The translations under genes and the position numbers were made by a program. Positions 28,061 through 39,277 of a stretch of DNA of 64,000 nucleotides are shown one piece after another. The notes below the pieces were generated by a model. The model saw nothing but the letters and a program-made list of their open reading frames with translations, ran no database searches and had not been told where the DNA came from. The DNA lies in assembly GCF_016026235.1 (NCBI RefSeq), contig NZ_CP065613.1; one strand, 5' to 3'. This DNA comes from Escherichia coli. GTDB taxonomy: Bacteria > Pseudomonadota > Gammaproteobacteria > Enterobacterales > Enterobacteriaceae. Numbering within the stretch: the first letter of the stretch is position 1; each line of letters opens with the position of its first letter.

Positions 28061-28391
28061 ATCTCGCCTGGCTTATAGGCCCGTAACTCGCATGGTTTTT
28101 ATGCAAATACGGAGTAAATATTTGATTATCCAAATAAAAATAAATTTTAAAAATTAACAAATGAGTTGAATTTTTTCCGCATCCTCCGCTAAAACAGTTA
28201 ATTAAAAGGGAGCACCAGGCGAATAAAGTAACAATATCGATCGTATTTATTAAATACAAATTACCGATATTTAACCTTATAATTACAATTATTTTATTAA
28301 TGCAAATATATGTAAAGCGGGGCATTAAAAAAACGCCCCGTAATATAACTCAGACGAATCATTAAGCCTACATTGCGTAGGCTATTTGATT

Positions 28392-30152
28392 TTATTTTGC
28401 CCAGAATGCTGCTTTGGCGCGCTGCAGCTTTTCGTAGGCCTTCAACAGCGACTGATGTGCAGCAAACGCGTGCAGATCGCTATCTACTGGTTGCAAGCCA
28501 TAAAACGCCGCTTCGCCGCTCATTGCCGCACTAGCGGCTTCCACGGCATCTGCGCCGTACATGCGAACAAACGCATTCAGATATTGCAGCGGCTGGCGAT
28601 CTTCTTCCTGCGCCAGTAATAACAACGTTTGCAGGCAGCGATAATAGTTGGCGCGTTCCGGGCTGAATACCGATGAGTTAAACTCCATCGTCCATTCGGT
28701 CCAGACCAGAGCCTGTTCCAGATCGCCACCAGCCAGCGCCAGCATGGCTTTTAATTCACCAATACGCAGGGTGTACCAACCGTTATCCGACCCGGTCGCC
28801 AGACCCAACAGCTCACGCACGCGGGTAAAGTCATCAAAACCTTCTTCATCCAGTTGCTCGATGAGGTTCAGGTAATCTTCTTTTTCCCACTCGCTGCCTG
28901 GTAGCGAAAGAATCGTTTCACGTAAATGGCTGCCCATACTGTTATTCGCGAGCCACAGATCTTCAGCCGGATAAATATCGGACATGCCAGGCACGATAAT
29001 ACGGCAAGCATAAACGCCCAGATGCTCGTAATCGGCAATATAAACTTCTTTATCTTCTTTGTTGAAGATAGCCATCAGCGTAGCAAACTCTTCTTCCGTG
29101 GTGCCGGAGAAATTCCAGTCCACAAACGGATAATCGGCATCCTGCTTGAACAGGTCCCAGGAGATTAAACCGCTGGAATCGATAAAGTGCGTTTCGAGGT
29201 TGGTATGTTCAGCGACTTCTTCATCATCGAAGGTTGGCGGAGTAAACACATCCAAATCTTTCAGGCCACGACCTTGCAGCAGCTCGGTCACGGTACGTTC
29301 CAGTGCTACGCCAAAATCAGGATGCGCACCGAAAGAGGCAAAGCAGGTGCCGTTAGCAGGATTAAACAGTACCACGCAAATCACCGGATACTGGCCGCCA
29401 AGGGAACCATCATATGCGAAGATCGGGAAACCTTCTGCTTCCAGTGTTTCGATCGCTTCAACCACCGCTGGGTAACGCGCCAGCACGTCTGCCGGGATTT
29501 CCGGCAAGCTGATGCTTTCTGCAATAATGCGGTTTTTCACGTAGCGTTCGAAAACTTCGGACAACCCCTGAACGCGTGCTTCGTTGCGGGTATTGCCAGC
29601 GGACATACCGTTAGAAACGTACAGGTTACCAATGATATTCATCGGAATATAAACGGTCTGATTGTCGGACTGGCGCGTAAACGGCAGACCGCAAATACCA
29701 CGATCTTCGTTACCGGATTGTAGGTCAATCAGCATACTGCCGGTCAATTCATTCTCCGGATCGTAAAATGCGCGCAGACGGTCATCGAGCAGCCCTTCTG
29801 GCACATCGTCATTTTCGGTCAGTGGGAACCATTTTTCGTTGGGATAATGCACAAATGGACCGTTGGCGATGGTTTCGCCCAGCCAGAAATCAGCAAAAAA
29901 GTAGTTGGTTGAGAGACGCTCGAAATATTCACCGAGTGCAGAAGCCAGCGCCGCTTTCTTGGTTGCGCCTTTACCGTTGGTAAAACACAGTGCGCACTCT
30001 TTGTCGCGAATATGTACAGACCAGACGTTAGGCACGGGATTCAGCCAGGAGGCCTCTTCAATCTGAAAGCCGAGGTCTGAAAGTTTTTGCTGGAAGCGAG
30101 CGATGGAATCTTCCAGAGCGGCATCTTTGCCGGGGATAAATGTTTGCGTCAT
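28392..30152 (-). CDS. ycaO: YcaO-domain protein (ribosomal protein S12 methylthiolation accessory factor)
   Basis: ORF trimmed to MTQTFIPGKDAALEDSIARF (586 aa). Confidence 0.9.
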   Translation of the reverse strand: MTQTFIPGKDAALEDSIARFQQKLSDLGFQIEEASWLNPVPNVWSVHIRDKECALCFTNGKGATKKAALASALGEYFERLSTNYFFADFWLGETIANGPFVHYPNEKWFPLTENDDVPEGLLDDRLRAFYDPENELTGSMLIDLQSGNEDRGICGLPFTRQSDNQTVYIPMNIIGNLYVSNGMSAGNTRNEARVQGLSEVFERYVKNRIIAESISLPEIPADVLARYPAVVEAIETLEAEGFPIFAYDGSLGGQYPVICVVLFNPANGTCFASFGAHPDFGVALERTVTELLQGRGLKDLDVFTPPTFDDEEVAEHTNLETHFIDSSGLISWDLFKQDADYPFVDWNFSGTTEEEFATLMAIFNKEDKEVYIADYEHLGVYACRIIVPGMSDIYPAEDLWLANNSMGSHLRETILSLPGSEWEKEDYLNLIEQLDEEGFDDFTRVRELLGLATGSDNGWYTLRIGELKAMLALAGGDLEQALVWTEWTMEFNSSVFSPERANYYRCLQTLLLLAQEEDRQPLQYLNAFVRMYGADAVEAASAAMSGEAAFYGLQPVDSDLHAFAAHQSLLKAYEKLQRAKAAFWAK

Positions 30153-30281
30153 GAAAATCACTTTAGTCGTACGGAAAGCGCGCAATAATACGGGTTTTAT
30201 CTCAAAGGCGCTATCACCGCCGCCATGCCGATGAACTGTTGACTATGCTTTTAGCGGATAAACCACGTTAAGAGCATAAAA

Positions 30282-30974
30282 ATGAAGGCGTTCGATCTCC
30301 ACCGTATGGCATTTGATAAAGTGCCTTTTGATTTCCTTGGCGAAGTTGCACTACGTAGTCTGTATACCTTTGTACTGGTTTTTTTGTTCCTCAAAATGAC
30401 CGGAAGACGCGGAGTGCGGCAGATGTCGCTGTTTGAAGTGTTAATCATTCTGACGCTGGGGTCAGCGGCGGGAGATGTGGCGTTTTATGATGATGTGCCG
30501 ATGGTCCCGGTACTTATCGTCTTTATCACTCTGGCGTTGTTATACCGCCTGGTAATGTGGTTGATGGCACACAGTGAAAAACTGGAAGATCTTCTGGAAG
30601 GTAAGCCGGTTGTCATTATTGAAGATGGCGAGCTGGCCTGGTCGAAACTCAATAACTCCAACATGACGGAATTTGAGTTCTTTATGGAGCTACGATTGCG
30701 CGGTGTAGAGCAGCTGGGGCAAGTACGTCTGGCGATTCTCGAAACCAACGGGCAAATCAGTGTCTATTTCTTTGAAGATGACAAGGTGAAACCGGGTTTA
30801 CTTATTTTACCCAGTGATTGTACTCAGCGTTACAAAGTGGTGCCGGAGTCGGCGGACTATGCCTGCATCCGTTGTAGTGAAATCATTCATATGAACGCGG
30901 GGGAAAAACAATTATGTCCGCGCTGTGCAAATCCAGAATGGACGGAGGCAAGTCGGGCTAAACGGGTGACCTGA
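30282..30974 (+). CDS. ycaP: DUF421-family inner-membrane protein YcaP
   Basis: 230-aa ORF with N-terminal TM segments at the conserved position. Confidence 0.85.
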   Translation: MKAFDLHRMAFDKVPFDFLGEVALRSLYTFVLVFLFLKMTGRRGVRQMSLFEVLIILTLGSAAGDVAFYDDVPMVPVLIVFITLALLYRLVMWLMAHSEKLEDLLEGKPVVIIEDGELAWSKLNNSNMTEFEFFMELRLRGVEQLGQVRLAILETNGQISVYFFEDDKVKPGLLILPSDCTQRYKVVPESADYACIRCSEIIHMNAGEKQLCPRCANPEWTEASRAKRVT

Positions 30975-31172
30975 CAGCAAAAATATCGGTTTTTTGGTAA
31001 TAATCCGAGAGATTCTGTTGTGTGACGCGTGCCGCATTTTTGCCCTCAACGGTTTTACCCATTGCGATGCGTGTCACTGAATGATAAAACCGATAGCCAC
31101 AGGAATAACATATTACCCGCGGTCGCAATCGATTGACTGGGGGTTAATGGCAACGCAACGTGGTGAGGGGAA

Positions 31173-32261
31173 ATGGCTCAAATCTTCAATTTTAGTTCTG
31201 GTCCGGCAATGCTACCGGCAGAGGTGCTTAAACAGGCTCAACAGGAACTGCGTGACTGGAACGGTCTTGGTACGTCGGTGATGGAAGTGAGTCACCGTGG
31301 CAAAGAGTTCATTCAGGTTGCAGAGGAAGCCGAGAAGGATTTTCGCGATCTTCTTAATGTCCCCTCCAACTACAAGGTATTGTTCTGCCATGGCGGCGGT
31401 CGCGGTCAGTTTGCTGCTGTTCCGCTGAATATTCTCGGTGATAAAACCACCGCAGATTATGTTGATGCCGGTTACTGGGCGGCAAGTGCCATCAAAGAAG
31501 CGAAAAAATACTGCACGCCTAATGTCTTTGACGCCAAAGTGACTGCTGATGGTCTGCGCGCGGTTAAGCCAATGCGAGAATGGCAACTCTCTGATAATGC
31601 TGCTTATATGCATTACTGCCCGAATGAAACCATCGACGGTATCGCCATCGACGAAACGCCAGACTTCGGCAAAGATGTGGTGGTCGCCGCCGACTTCTCT
31701 TCAACCATTCTTTCCCGTCCGATTGACGTTAGCCGTTATGGCGTGATTTACGCTGGCGCGCAGAAAAATATCGGCCCGGCAGGCCTGACAATCGTCATCG
31801 TTCGTGAAGATTTGCTGGGCAAAGCGAATATCGCGTGTCCGTCGATTCTGGATTATTCCATCCTCAACGATAACGGCTCCATGTTTAACACGCCGCCGAC
31901 ATTTGCCTGGTATCTGTCTGGTCTGGTCTTTAAATGGCTGAAAGCGAACGGCGGTGTAGCTGAAATGGATAAAATCAATCAGCAAAAAGCAGAACTGCTG
32001 TATGGGGTAATTGATAACAGCGATTTCTACCGCAATGACGTGGCGAAAGCTAACCGTTCGCGGATGAACGTACCATTCCAGTTGGCAGACAGTGCGCTTG
32101 ACAAATTGTTCCTTGAAGAGTCTTTTGCTGCAGGCCTTCATGCACTGAAAGGTCACCGTGTGGTCGGCGGAATGCGCGCGTCCATTTATAACGCCATGCC
32201 GCTGGAAGGCGTTAAAGCGCTGACAGACTTCATGGTTGAGTTCGAACGCCGTCACGGCTAA
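31173..32261 (+). CDS. serC: Phosphoserine aminotransferase
   Basis: 362-aa ORF recognised as SerC ([15 protein letters not shown]). Confidence 0.95.
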   Translation: MAQIFNFSSGPAMLPAEVLKQAQQELRDWNGLGTSVMEVSHRGKEFIQVAEEAEKDFRDLLNVPSNYKVLFCHGGGRGQFAAVPLNILGDKTTADYVDAGYWAASAIKEAKKYCTPNVFDAKVTADGLRAVKPMREWQLSDNAAYMHYCPNETIDGIAIDETPDFGKDVVVAADFSSTILSRPIDVSRYGVIYAGAQKNIGPAGLTIVIVREDLLGKANIACPSILDYSILNDNGSMFNTPPTFAWYLSGLVFKWLKANGGVAEMDKINQQKAELLYGVIDNSDFYRNDVAKANRSRMNVPFQLADSALDKLFLEESFAAGLHALKGHRVVGGMRASIYNAMPLEGVKALTDFMVEFERRHG

Positions 32262-32280
32262 TGCCGAAATTTTGCTTAAT

Positions 32281-32310
32281 CCCCACAGCCAGCCTGTGGG
32301 GTTTTTATTT
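32281..32310 (+). terminator. Intra-operon hairpin/attenuator between serC and aroA
   Basis: CCCCACAGCCagCCTGTGGGG followed by tttttatttc. Confidence 0.6.
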
Positions 32311-32331
32311 CTGTTGTAGAGAGTTGAGTTC

Positions 32332-33615
32332 ATGGAATCCCTGACGTTACAACCCATCGCTCGTGTCGATGGCACTATTAATCTGCCCGGTTCCAAGAGC
32401 GTTTCTAACCGCGCTTTATTGCTGGCGGCATTAGCACACGGCAAAACAGTATTAACCAATCTGCTGGATAGCGATGACGTGCGCCATATGCTGAATGCAT
32501 TAGCAGCGTTAGGGGTAAGCTATACGCTTTCAGCCGATCGTACGCGTTGCGAAATTATCGGTAACGGCGGTCCATTACACGCAGAAGGTGCCCTGGAGTT
32601 GTTCCTCGGAAACGCCGGAACGGCAATGCGTCCGCTGGCGGCAGCTCTTTGTCTGGGTAGCAATGATATTGTGCTGACCGGTGAGCCGCGTATGAAAGAA
32701 CGCCCGATTGGTCATCTGGTGGATGCGCTGCGCCTGGGCGGGGCGAAGATCACTTACCTGGAACAAGAAAATTATCCGCCGTTGCGTTTACAGGGCGGCT
32801 TTACTGGCGGCAACGTTGACGTTGATGGCTCCGTTTCCAGCCAATTCCTCACCGCACTGTTAATGACTGCGCCTCTTGCGCCGGAAGATACGGTGATTCG
32901 TATTAAAGGCGATCTGGTTTCTAAACCTTATATCGACATCACACTCAATCTGATGAAGACGTTTGGTGTTGAAATTGAAAATCAGCACTATCAACAATTT
33001 GTCGTAAAAGGCGGGCAGTCTTATCAGTCTCCGGGTACTTATTTGGTCGAAGGCGATGCATCTTCGGCTTCTTACTTTCTGGCAGCAGCAGCAATCAAAG
33101 GCGGCACTGTAAAAGTGACCGGTATTGGACGTAACAGTATGCAGGGTGATATTCGCTTTGCTGATGTGCTGGAAAAAATGGGCGCGACCATTTGCTGGGG
33201 CGATGATTATATTTCCTGCACGCGTGGTGAACTGAACGCTATTGATATGGATATGAACCATATTCCTGATGCGGCGATGACCATTGCCACGGCGGCGTTA
33301 TTTGCAAAAGGCACCACCACGCTGCGCAATATCTATAACTGGCGTGTTAAAGAAACCGATCGCCTGTTTGCGATGGCAACAGAACTGCGTAAAGTCGGTG
33401 CGGAAGTAGAAGAGGGGCACGATTACATTCGTATCACTCCACCGGAAAAACTGAACTTTGCCGAGATCGCGACATACAATGATCACCGGATGGCGATGTG
33501 TTTCTCGCTGGTGGCGTTGTCAGATACACCAGTGACGATTCTTGATCCCAAATGTACGGCCAAAACATTTCCGGATTATTTCGAGCAGTTGGCGCGGATT
33601 AGCCAGGCAGCCTGA
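32332..33615 (+). CDS. aroA: 3-phosphoshikimate 1-carboxyvinyltransferase (EPSP synthase)
   Basis: 427-aa ORF recognised as AroA ([23 protein letters not shown]). Confidence 0.95.
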   Translation: MESLTLQPIARVDGTINLPGSKSVSNRALLLAALAHGKTVLTNLLDSDDVRHMLNALAALGVSYTLSADRTRCEIIGNGGPLHAEGALELFLGNAGTAMRPLAAALCLGSNDIVLTGEPRMKERPIGHLVDALRLGGAKITYLEQENYPPLRLQGGFTGGNVDVDGSVSSQFLTALLMTAPLAPEDTVIRIKGDLVSKPYIDITLNLMKTFGVEIENQHYQQFVVKGGQSYQSPGTYLVEGDASSASYFLAAAAIKGGTVKVTGIGRNSMQGDIRFADVLEKMGATICWGDDYISCTRGELNAIDMDMNHIPDAAMTIATAALFAKGTTTLRNIYNWRVKETDRLFAMATELRKVGAEVEEGHDYIRITPPEKLNFAEIATYNDHRMAMCFSLVALSDTPVTILDPKCTAKTFPDYFEQLARISQAA

Positions 33616-33661
33616 ATGAACAACGGGCAATAAATAGCCAAATCTTTCTTTATCAAAACGT

Positions 33662-33674
33662 CGGCACATTGTCG
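33662..33674. repeat. 13-bp target-site duplication, left copy, of IS4 copy 1 (cggcacattgtcg)
   Basis: Identical 13-mer directly abuts both ends of the element (second copy at 35101..35113). Confidence 0.85.
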
Positions 33675-35100
33675 TAATGCCAGTCAGTTAAGCAACTGAC
33701 TGGCTCTTTTTCGGGGCTGTGGGGTATTTCCAGGGCCTCTCCTTTACCACTCTCGGGAAGGCCCTTCCCCTTCTCGTCGGTAATTTCACAAGTTGTCCCA
33801 TACTTGCAAGATCGCGCATCAGCTCCGGTATACGTCCCGGTGAAGCGCCCTGCAATGTCATCAGCATTCTCATCACCATTCCGCATGATTCTGAGAAACT
33901 CAGTTGATTCGGCCAGTAACCTTTCAGATGTTCCGCCATTTTAATCATCTGATATCTCACCAGATTATAAGCCAGTAAGACACCCCACAGCTCTTGCTCC
34001 ACAAGCTCCGGCTTTTTACTTCTCAGCGTCAGCCTGCTCAGTTGCATCGTCTGTTTTATCTCCCTGTATCCCAGTTCGATTTCCCAGCGATGACTGTACA
34101 GATCCGCCATTTCTCCTCCGGGGAAGCGCATGGCGTCCGTCATCGACGTCAGCAGATGGCAGACTTTTCCTTTGCGCGTCACGGTCAGCAGGCGGGCTGT
34201 CACTTCATTTCCCAGTCCCGGCCACTTTTTTCGTGCCTGCGGGCTGGTTTTCAGCTTCACCAGATGATCGCCTTTACCCAGTTTTCTGAGCTCTTCATAT
34301 TGCGCTCCCTTTCTGAGAGGTATCATCCAGTGGCGGTGTTCTCCCGCCAGGCTCCAGGCATTTAACAGTCCCAGTGAGTAATAACCTTTATCCATTAACG
34401 TCAGAGTGTTATCGCCGGTTTGTTCTATAAGTTGCTCAGCAAGCTCATTTTCGCTGTTCTTCATCGTGCCGAAGGCTGCAGCCGTCAGCAGATGGCTGGT
34501 CAGTTCCATCTGGCAGACCATTTTGACCTGCGGGTAGAGCGCCGGGTTCCCGGCATGTGTCTGGCGGGGGAAGGCTGCATCGTTCTCTGGTGTATCCGGT
34601 GTGCGCCAGAACACACCATCGATGGCCAGCAGGGTCAGGCCGCACCAGTGCGGATGCGGCGTGGCGTTATGCCAGAGCTGCGCTGTTTTCGTGAACACGC
34701 GGCGGACAGCCTCACTTCCCAGGCGCTGGCGGGCCTGAATAACGGCACTGGGGGCAACGAAGGGGCGATTGCCCGGCAGCATGATGTCCAGGCGATTCAC
34801 AATCTGGTGAAGAGGTTCTTTACGCTCAAGCGCCATGCCAACAATACACCAGACCATCATTTCGAGGGGAAGACGGCGCTTGCGTAGCGTTACAGTACCT
34901 GATTCGGCAAGGCAACGAGAGATGAGTTCGGGGTCGAGGTAATCCCCCAGAGAAGTCAGTGGGTTACGCAGAGAATCGTAACGGGATACCAGATCAAGAG
35001 CCTGTCCAATGTGCATAAAAAAATCCGGAAACAAGTGAGCGTTTCCGGATTCTTACACAGCCACTGGATCGGTCAACTGATCCTTAACTGATCGGCATTA
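33675..35100 (-). mobile_element. Insertion sequence IS4, copy 1 (1426 bp)
   Basis: Imperfect 18-bp terminal inverted repeats (TAATGCCAGTCAGTTAAG / TAATGCCGATCAGTTAAG), single DDE transposase ORF, flanking 13-bp direct repeats; interrupts the aroA-loiP intergenic region. Confidence 0.93.
33688..35016 (-). CDS. insG: IS4 transposase
   Basis: 448-aa ORF (to 35034); 442 aa from the Met at [10 protein letters not shown]; recognised as IS4 family transposase. Confidence 0.9.
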   Translation of the reverse strand: MHIGQALDLVSRYDSLRNPLTSLGDYLDPELISRCLAESGTVTLRKRRLPLEMMVWCIVGMALERKEPLHQIVNRLDIMLPGNRPFVAPSAVIQARQRLGSEAVRRVFTKTAQLWHNATPHPHWCGLTLLAIDGVFWRTPDTPENDAAFPRQTHAGNPALYPQVKMVCQMELTSHLLTAAAFGTMKNSENELAEQLIEQTGDNTLTLMDKGYYSLGLLNAWSLAGEHRHWMIPLRKGAQYEELRKLGKGDHLVKLKTSPQARKKWPGLGNEVTARLLTVTRKGKVCHLLTSMTDAMRFPGGEMADLYSHRWEIELGYREIKQTMQLSRLTLRSKKPELVEQELWGVLLAYNLVRYQMIKMAEHLKGYWPNQLSFSESCGMVMRMLMTLQGASPGRIPELMRDLASMGQLVKLPTRRGRAFPRVVKERPWKYPTAPKKSQSVA

Positions 35101-35113
35101 CGGCACATTGTCG
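35101..35113. repeat. 13-bp target-site duplication, right copy, of IS4 copy 1
   Basis: cggcacattgtcg immediately after the right IR. Confidence 0.85.
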
Positions 35114-35222
35114 GCGTTTTTTTTCGGACCTTGTGAGTCATTTTGATTAATGGTAGCGTCGCTTGTCAATGTAATTTGTTGATACATAATATTTATATAT
35201 GATTAATCAACGGATGATTCAC

Positions 35223-35987
35223 ATGAAGAATACTAAATTACTGCTGGCGATTGCGACCTCTGCAGCATTACTGACAGGGTGTCAAAATACCCACGGTATT
35301 GATACCAATATGGCTATCAGCTCCGGTTTAAATGCCTATAAAGCAGCAACATTAAGCGATGCCGATGCAAAAGCGATTGCCAATCAGGGCTGTGCCGAAA
35401 TGGACAGCGGCAATCAAGTCGCAAGTAAATCCAGCAAGTACGGTAAACGTCTGGCAAAAATCGCCAAAGCATTGGGTAACAATATTAATGGCACGCCGGT
35501 CAACTATAAGGTTTATATGACCAGCGACGTCAACGCATGGGCGATGGCGAACGGCTGTGTCCGTGTCTACAGTGGCCTGATGGACATGATGAATGACAAC
35601 GAAATTGAAGGTGTTCTGGGCCATGAACTGGGCCACGTCGCGTTGGGTCACTCGCTGGCTGAAATGAAAGCTTCTTATGCGATCGTTGCCGCACGCGATG
35701 CCATTTCAGCTACCAGCGGTGTGGCTTCCCAGCTTTCCCGCTCACAATTGGGTGATATCGCAGAAGGCGCTATTAATGCTAAATACTCCCGTGATAAAGA
35801 GTCCGAAGCAGATGATTTCTCCTTTGATCTGTTGAAGAAACGTGGCATCAGCACCCAGGGGCTGGTTGGCAGCTTTGAAAAACTGGCTAGTCTGGATGGC
35901 GGTCGCACCCAGTCCATGTTTGACTCTCACCCACCATCAACAGAGCGTGCGCAACACATCCGTGATCGTATCGCCTCTGGTAAGTAA
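35223..35987 (+). CDS. loiP: Outer-membrane metalloprotease LoiP (YcaL; M48 family lipoprotein)
   Basis: ORF trimmed to MKNTKLLLAIATSAALLTGC (lipobox) giving 254 aa; HELGH zinc motif. Confidence 0.9.
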   Translation: MKNTKLLLAIATSAALLTGCQNTHGIDTNMAISSGLNAYKAATLSDADAKAIANQGCAEMDSGNQVASKSSKYGKRLAKIAKALGNNINGTPVNYKVYMTSDVNAWAMANGCVRVYSGLMDMMNDNEIEGVLGHELGHVALGHSLAEMKASYAIVAARDAISATSGVASQLSRSQLGDIAEGAINAKYSRDKESEADDFSFDLLKKRGISTQGLVGSFEKLASLDGGRTQSMFDSHPPSTERAQHIRDRIASGK

Positions 35988-36159
35988 ATCATTGTCATCT
36001 TTCGGGCTGGTCTTCTGCCAGCCCGCTATAATTGCGCAATAAATCCCCATCTGAATACAGACAAAACTGGTTTTTGCACACAACGTTAACGATTTGTGGC
36101 GTCGGCGCGTATAATGCGCGCGGTTATGTTAACGGTACGCCTGTTTTAAGGAGATAAAG

Positions 36160-36843
36160 ATGACGGCAATTGCCCCGGTTATTACCATTGATGGCCCAAG
36201 CGGTGCAGGGAAAGGCACCTTGTGTAAGGCTATGGCGGAAGCATTGCAATGGCATCTGCTGGATTCGGGTGCAATTTATCGCGTACTGGCATTGGCGGCA
36301 TTACATCACCATGTTGATGTTGCGTCAGAAGATGCGCTGGTACCGCTGGCATCCCATCTGGATGTACGTTTTGTGTCAACCAATGGCAATCTGGAAGTGA
36401 TCCTCGAAGGGGAAGATGTCAGCGGCGAAATTCGTACTCAGGAAGTGGCGAATGCAGCTTCACAAGTCGCGGCATTCCCACGCGTTCGTGAAGCATTATT
36501 GCGTCGCCAACGCGCGTTTCGCGAATTACCAGGCCTGATTGCCGATGGCCGCGACATGGGAACAGTGGTATTCCCTGATGCGCCAGTGAAAATTTTCCTT
36601 GACGCCTCCTCGGAAGAACGTGCGCATCGCCGCATGCTACAGTTGCAGGAGAAGGGCTTTAGTGTTAACTTTGAGCGCCTTTTGGCCGAGATCAAAGAAC
36701 GCGACGACCGCGATCGTAACCGAGCGGTAGCGCCACTGGTTCCGGCAGCCGATGCTTTAGTGTTGGATTCCACCACCTTAAGCATTGAGCAAGTGATTGA
36801 AAAAGCGCTACAATACGCGCGCCAGAAATTGGCTCTCGCATAA
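36160..36843 (+). CDS. cmk: Cytidylate kinase
   Basis: 227-aa ORF, P-loop GPSGAGKGT. Confidence 0.95.
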
Positions 36844-36953
36844 GCGACCGAATTTGCAGTACCCCCGTTGCAATGGAATGACAGCGGGTATGTTAAACAA
36901 CCCCATCCGGCATGGAGCCAGGTGGACGTTAAATATAAACCTGAAGATTAAAC

Positions 36954-38627
36954 ATGACTGAATCTTTTGCTCAACTCTTTGAAGAGTCCTTAAAAGAAAT
37001 CGAAACCCGCCCGGGTTCTATCGTTCGTGGCGTTGTTGTTGCTATCGACAAAGACGTAGTACTGGTTGACGCTGGTCTGAAATCTGAGTCCGCCATCCCG
37101 GCTGAGCAGTTCAAAAACGCCCAGGGCGAGCTGGAAATCCAGGTAGGTGACGAAGTTGACGTTGCTCTGGACGCAGTAGAAGACGGCTTCGGTGAAACTC
37201 TGCTGTCCCGTGAGAAAGCTAAACGTCACGAAGCCTGGATCACGCTGGAAAAAGCTTACGAAGATGCTGAAACTGTTACCGGTGTTATCAACGGCAAAGT
37301 TAAGGGCGGCTTCACTGTTGAGCTGAACGGTATTCGTGCGTTCCTGCCAGGTTCTCTGGTAGACGTTCGTCCGGTGCGTGACACTCTGCACCTGGAAGGC
37401 AAAGAGCTTGAATTTAAAGTAATCAAGCTGGATCAGAAGCGCAACAACGTTGTTGTTTCTCGTCGTGCCGTTATCGAATCCGAAAACAGCGCAGAGCGCG
37501 ATCAGCTGCTGGAAAACCTGCAGGAAGGCATGGAAGTTAAAGGTATCGTTAAGAACCTCACTGACTACGGTGCATTCGTTGATCTGGGCGGCGTTGACGG
37601 CCTGCTGCACATCACTGACATGGCCTGGAAACGCGTTAAGCATCCGAGCGAAATCGTCAACGTGGGCGACGAAATCACTGTTAAAGTGCTGAAGTTTGAC
37701 CGCGAACGTACCCGTGTATCCCTGGGCCTGAAACAGCTGGGCGAAGATCCGTGGGTAGCTATCGCTAAACGTTATCCGGAAGGTACCAAACTGACTGGTC
37801 GCGTGACCAACCTGACCGACTACGGCTGCTTCGTTGAAATCGAAGAAGGCGTTGAAGGCCTGGTACACGTTTCCGAAATGGATTGGACCAACAAAAACAT
37901 CCACCCGTCCAAAGTTGTTAACGTTGGCGATGTAGTGGAAGTTATGGTTCTGGATATCGACGAAGAACGTCGTCGTATCTCCCTGGGTCTGAAACAGTGC
38001 AAAGCTAACCCGTGGCAGCAGTTCGCGGAAACCCACAACAAGGGCGACCGTGTTGAAGGTAAAATCAAGTCTATCACTGACTTCGGTATCTTCATCGGCC
38101 TGGACGGCGGCATCGACGGCCTGGTTCACCTGTCTGACATCTCCTGGAACGTTGCAGGCGAAGAAGCAGTTCGTGAATACAAAAAAGGCGACGAAATCGC
38201 TGCAGTTGTTCTGCAGGTTGACGCAGAACGTGAACGTATCTCCCTGGGCGTTAAACAGCTCGCAGAAGATCCGTTCAACAACTGGGTTGCTCTGAACAAG
38301 AAAGGCGCTATCGTAACCGGTAAAGTAACTGCAGTTGACGCTAAAGGCGCAACCGTAGAACTGGCTGACGGCGTTGAAGGTTACCTGCGTGCTTCTGAAG
38401 CATCCCGTGACCGCGTTGAAGACGCTACCCTGGTTCTGAGCGTTGGCGACGAAGTTGAAGCTAAATTCACCGGCGTTGATCGTAAAAACCGCGCAATCAG
38501 CCTGTCTGTTCGTGCGAAAGACGAAGCTGACGAGAAAGATGCAATCGCAACTGTTAACAAACAGGAAGATGCAAACTTCTCCAACAACGCAATGGCTGAA
38601 GCTTTCAAAGCAGCTAAAGGCGAGTAA
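36954..38627 (+). CDS. rpsA: 30S ribosomal protein S1
   Basis: 557-aa ORF with repeated S1 domains; high codon bias. Confidence 0.97.
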
Positions 38628-38786
38628 TTCTCTGACTCTTCGGGATTTTTATTCCGAAGTTTGTTGAGTTTACTTGACAGATTGCAGGTTTCGTCCTGTA
38701 ATCAAGCACTAAGGGCGGCTACGGCCGCCCTTAATCAATGCAGCAACAGCAGCCGCTTAATTTGCCTTTAAGGAACCGGAGGAATC

Positions 38787-39071
38787 ATGACCAAGTCAGA
38801 ATTGATAGAAAGACTTGCCACCCAGCAATCGCACATTCCCGCCAAGACGGTTGAAGATGCAGTAAAAGAGATGCTGGAGCATATGGCCTCGACTCTTGCG
38901 CAGGGCGAGCGTATTGAAATCCGCGGTTTCGGCAGTTTCTCTTTGCACTACCGCGCACCACGTACCGGACGTAATCCGAAGACTGGCGATAAAGTAGAAC
39001 TGGAAGGAAAATACGTTCCTCACTTTAAACCTGGTAAAGAACTGCGCGATCGCGCCAATATTTACGGTTAA
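38787..39071 (+). CDS. ihfB: Integration host factor beta subunit
   Basis: 94-aa [19 protein letters not shown] fold. Confidence 0.96.
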
Positions 39072-39096
39072 GTTTTTACTCAAACTTGAACGCGAG

Positions 39097-39124
39097 AAAA
39101 GCACCTGTCGGGTGCTTTTTTCAT
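39097..39124 (+). terminator. Rho-independent terminator of ihfB
   Basis: aaaaGCACCtgtcGGGTGCttttttc. Confidence 0.8.
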
Positions 39125-39277
39125 TTCTCTAATCTGGAACTGGAAGCTGCCTCGCAGAGTTTTGAGCAGTTTTCACCCTTTCGTTAAATTCTTCTGAATG
39201 TGCCTCGGGGAACGCAAAATTCCCACCAGACAACCGCTCAACAAAGTTGCACACTTTCCATAAACAGGGAGGGGTGC

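Noticed and set aside
27987-28325. N-terminal extensions in the ORF track (focA 398 aa; also ycaM 540 aa, trxB 353 aa, dmsC 308 aa, ycaI 780 aa, lrp 182 aa)
   Set aside because: The extensions read through AT-rich upstream regulatory DNA or the upstream gene end; the internal starts match the known protein N-termini and lengths.
28392-30152. YcaO-domain protein as a possible marker of a thiazole/oxazole (TOMM/RiPP) biosynthetic cluster
   Set aside because: No adjacent precursor peptide, dehydrogenase or E1-like partner. This is the standalone housekeeping ycaO in its canonical position between focA and ycaP, not a RiPP cluster.
33653-33886. Small ORFs overlapping the IS4 left ends and antisense ORFs inside IS4 (33994..34365 and 34420..34887, duplicated at 56142..56513 and 56568..57035)
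   Set aside because: They are identical in both copies only because the IS is duplicated. They are antisense or edge-spanning frames with no independent support; IS4 is known to encode a single transposase.
36990-38129. 379-aa antisense ORF within rpsA; similar long antisense ORFs within ompF (62378..63166), mukF (49238..50122), mukB (51308..52135) and dmsBC (17027..17998)
   Set aside because: Same codon-bias artefact: no start context or RBS, and each lies opposite a well-established gene.
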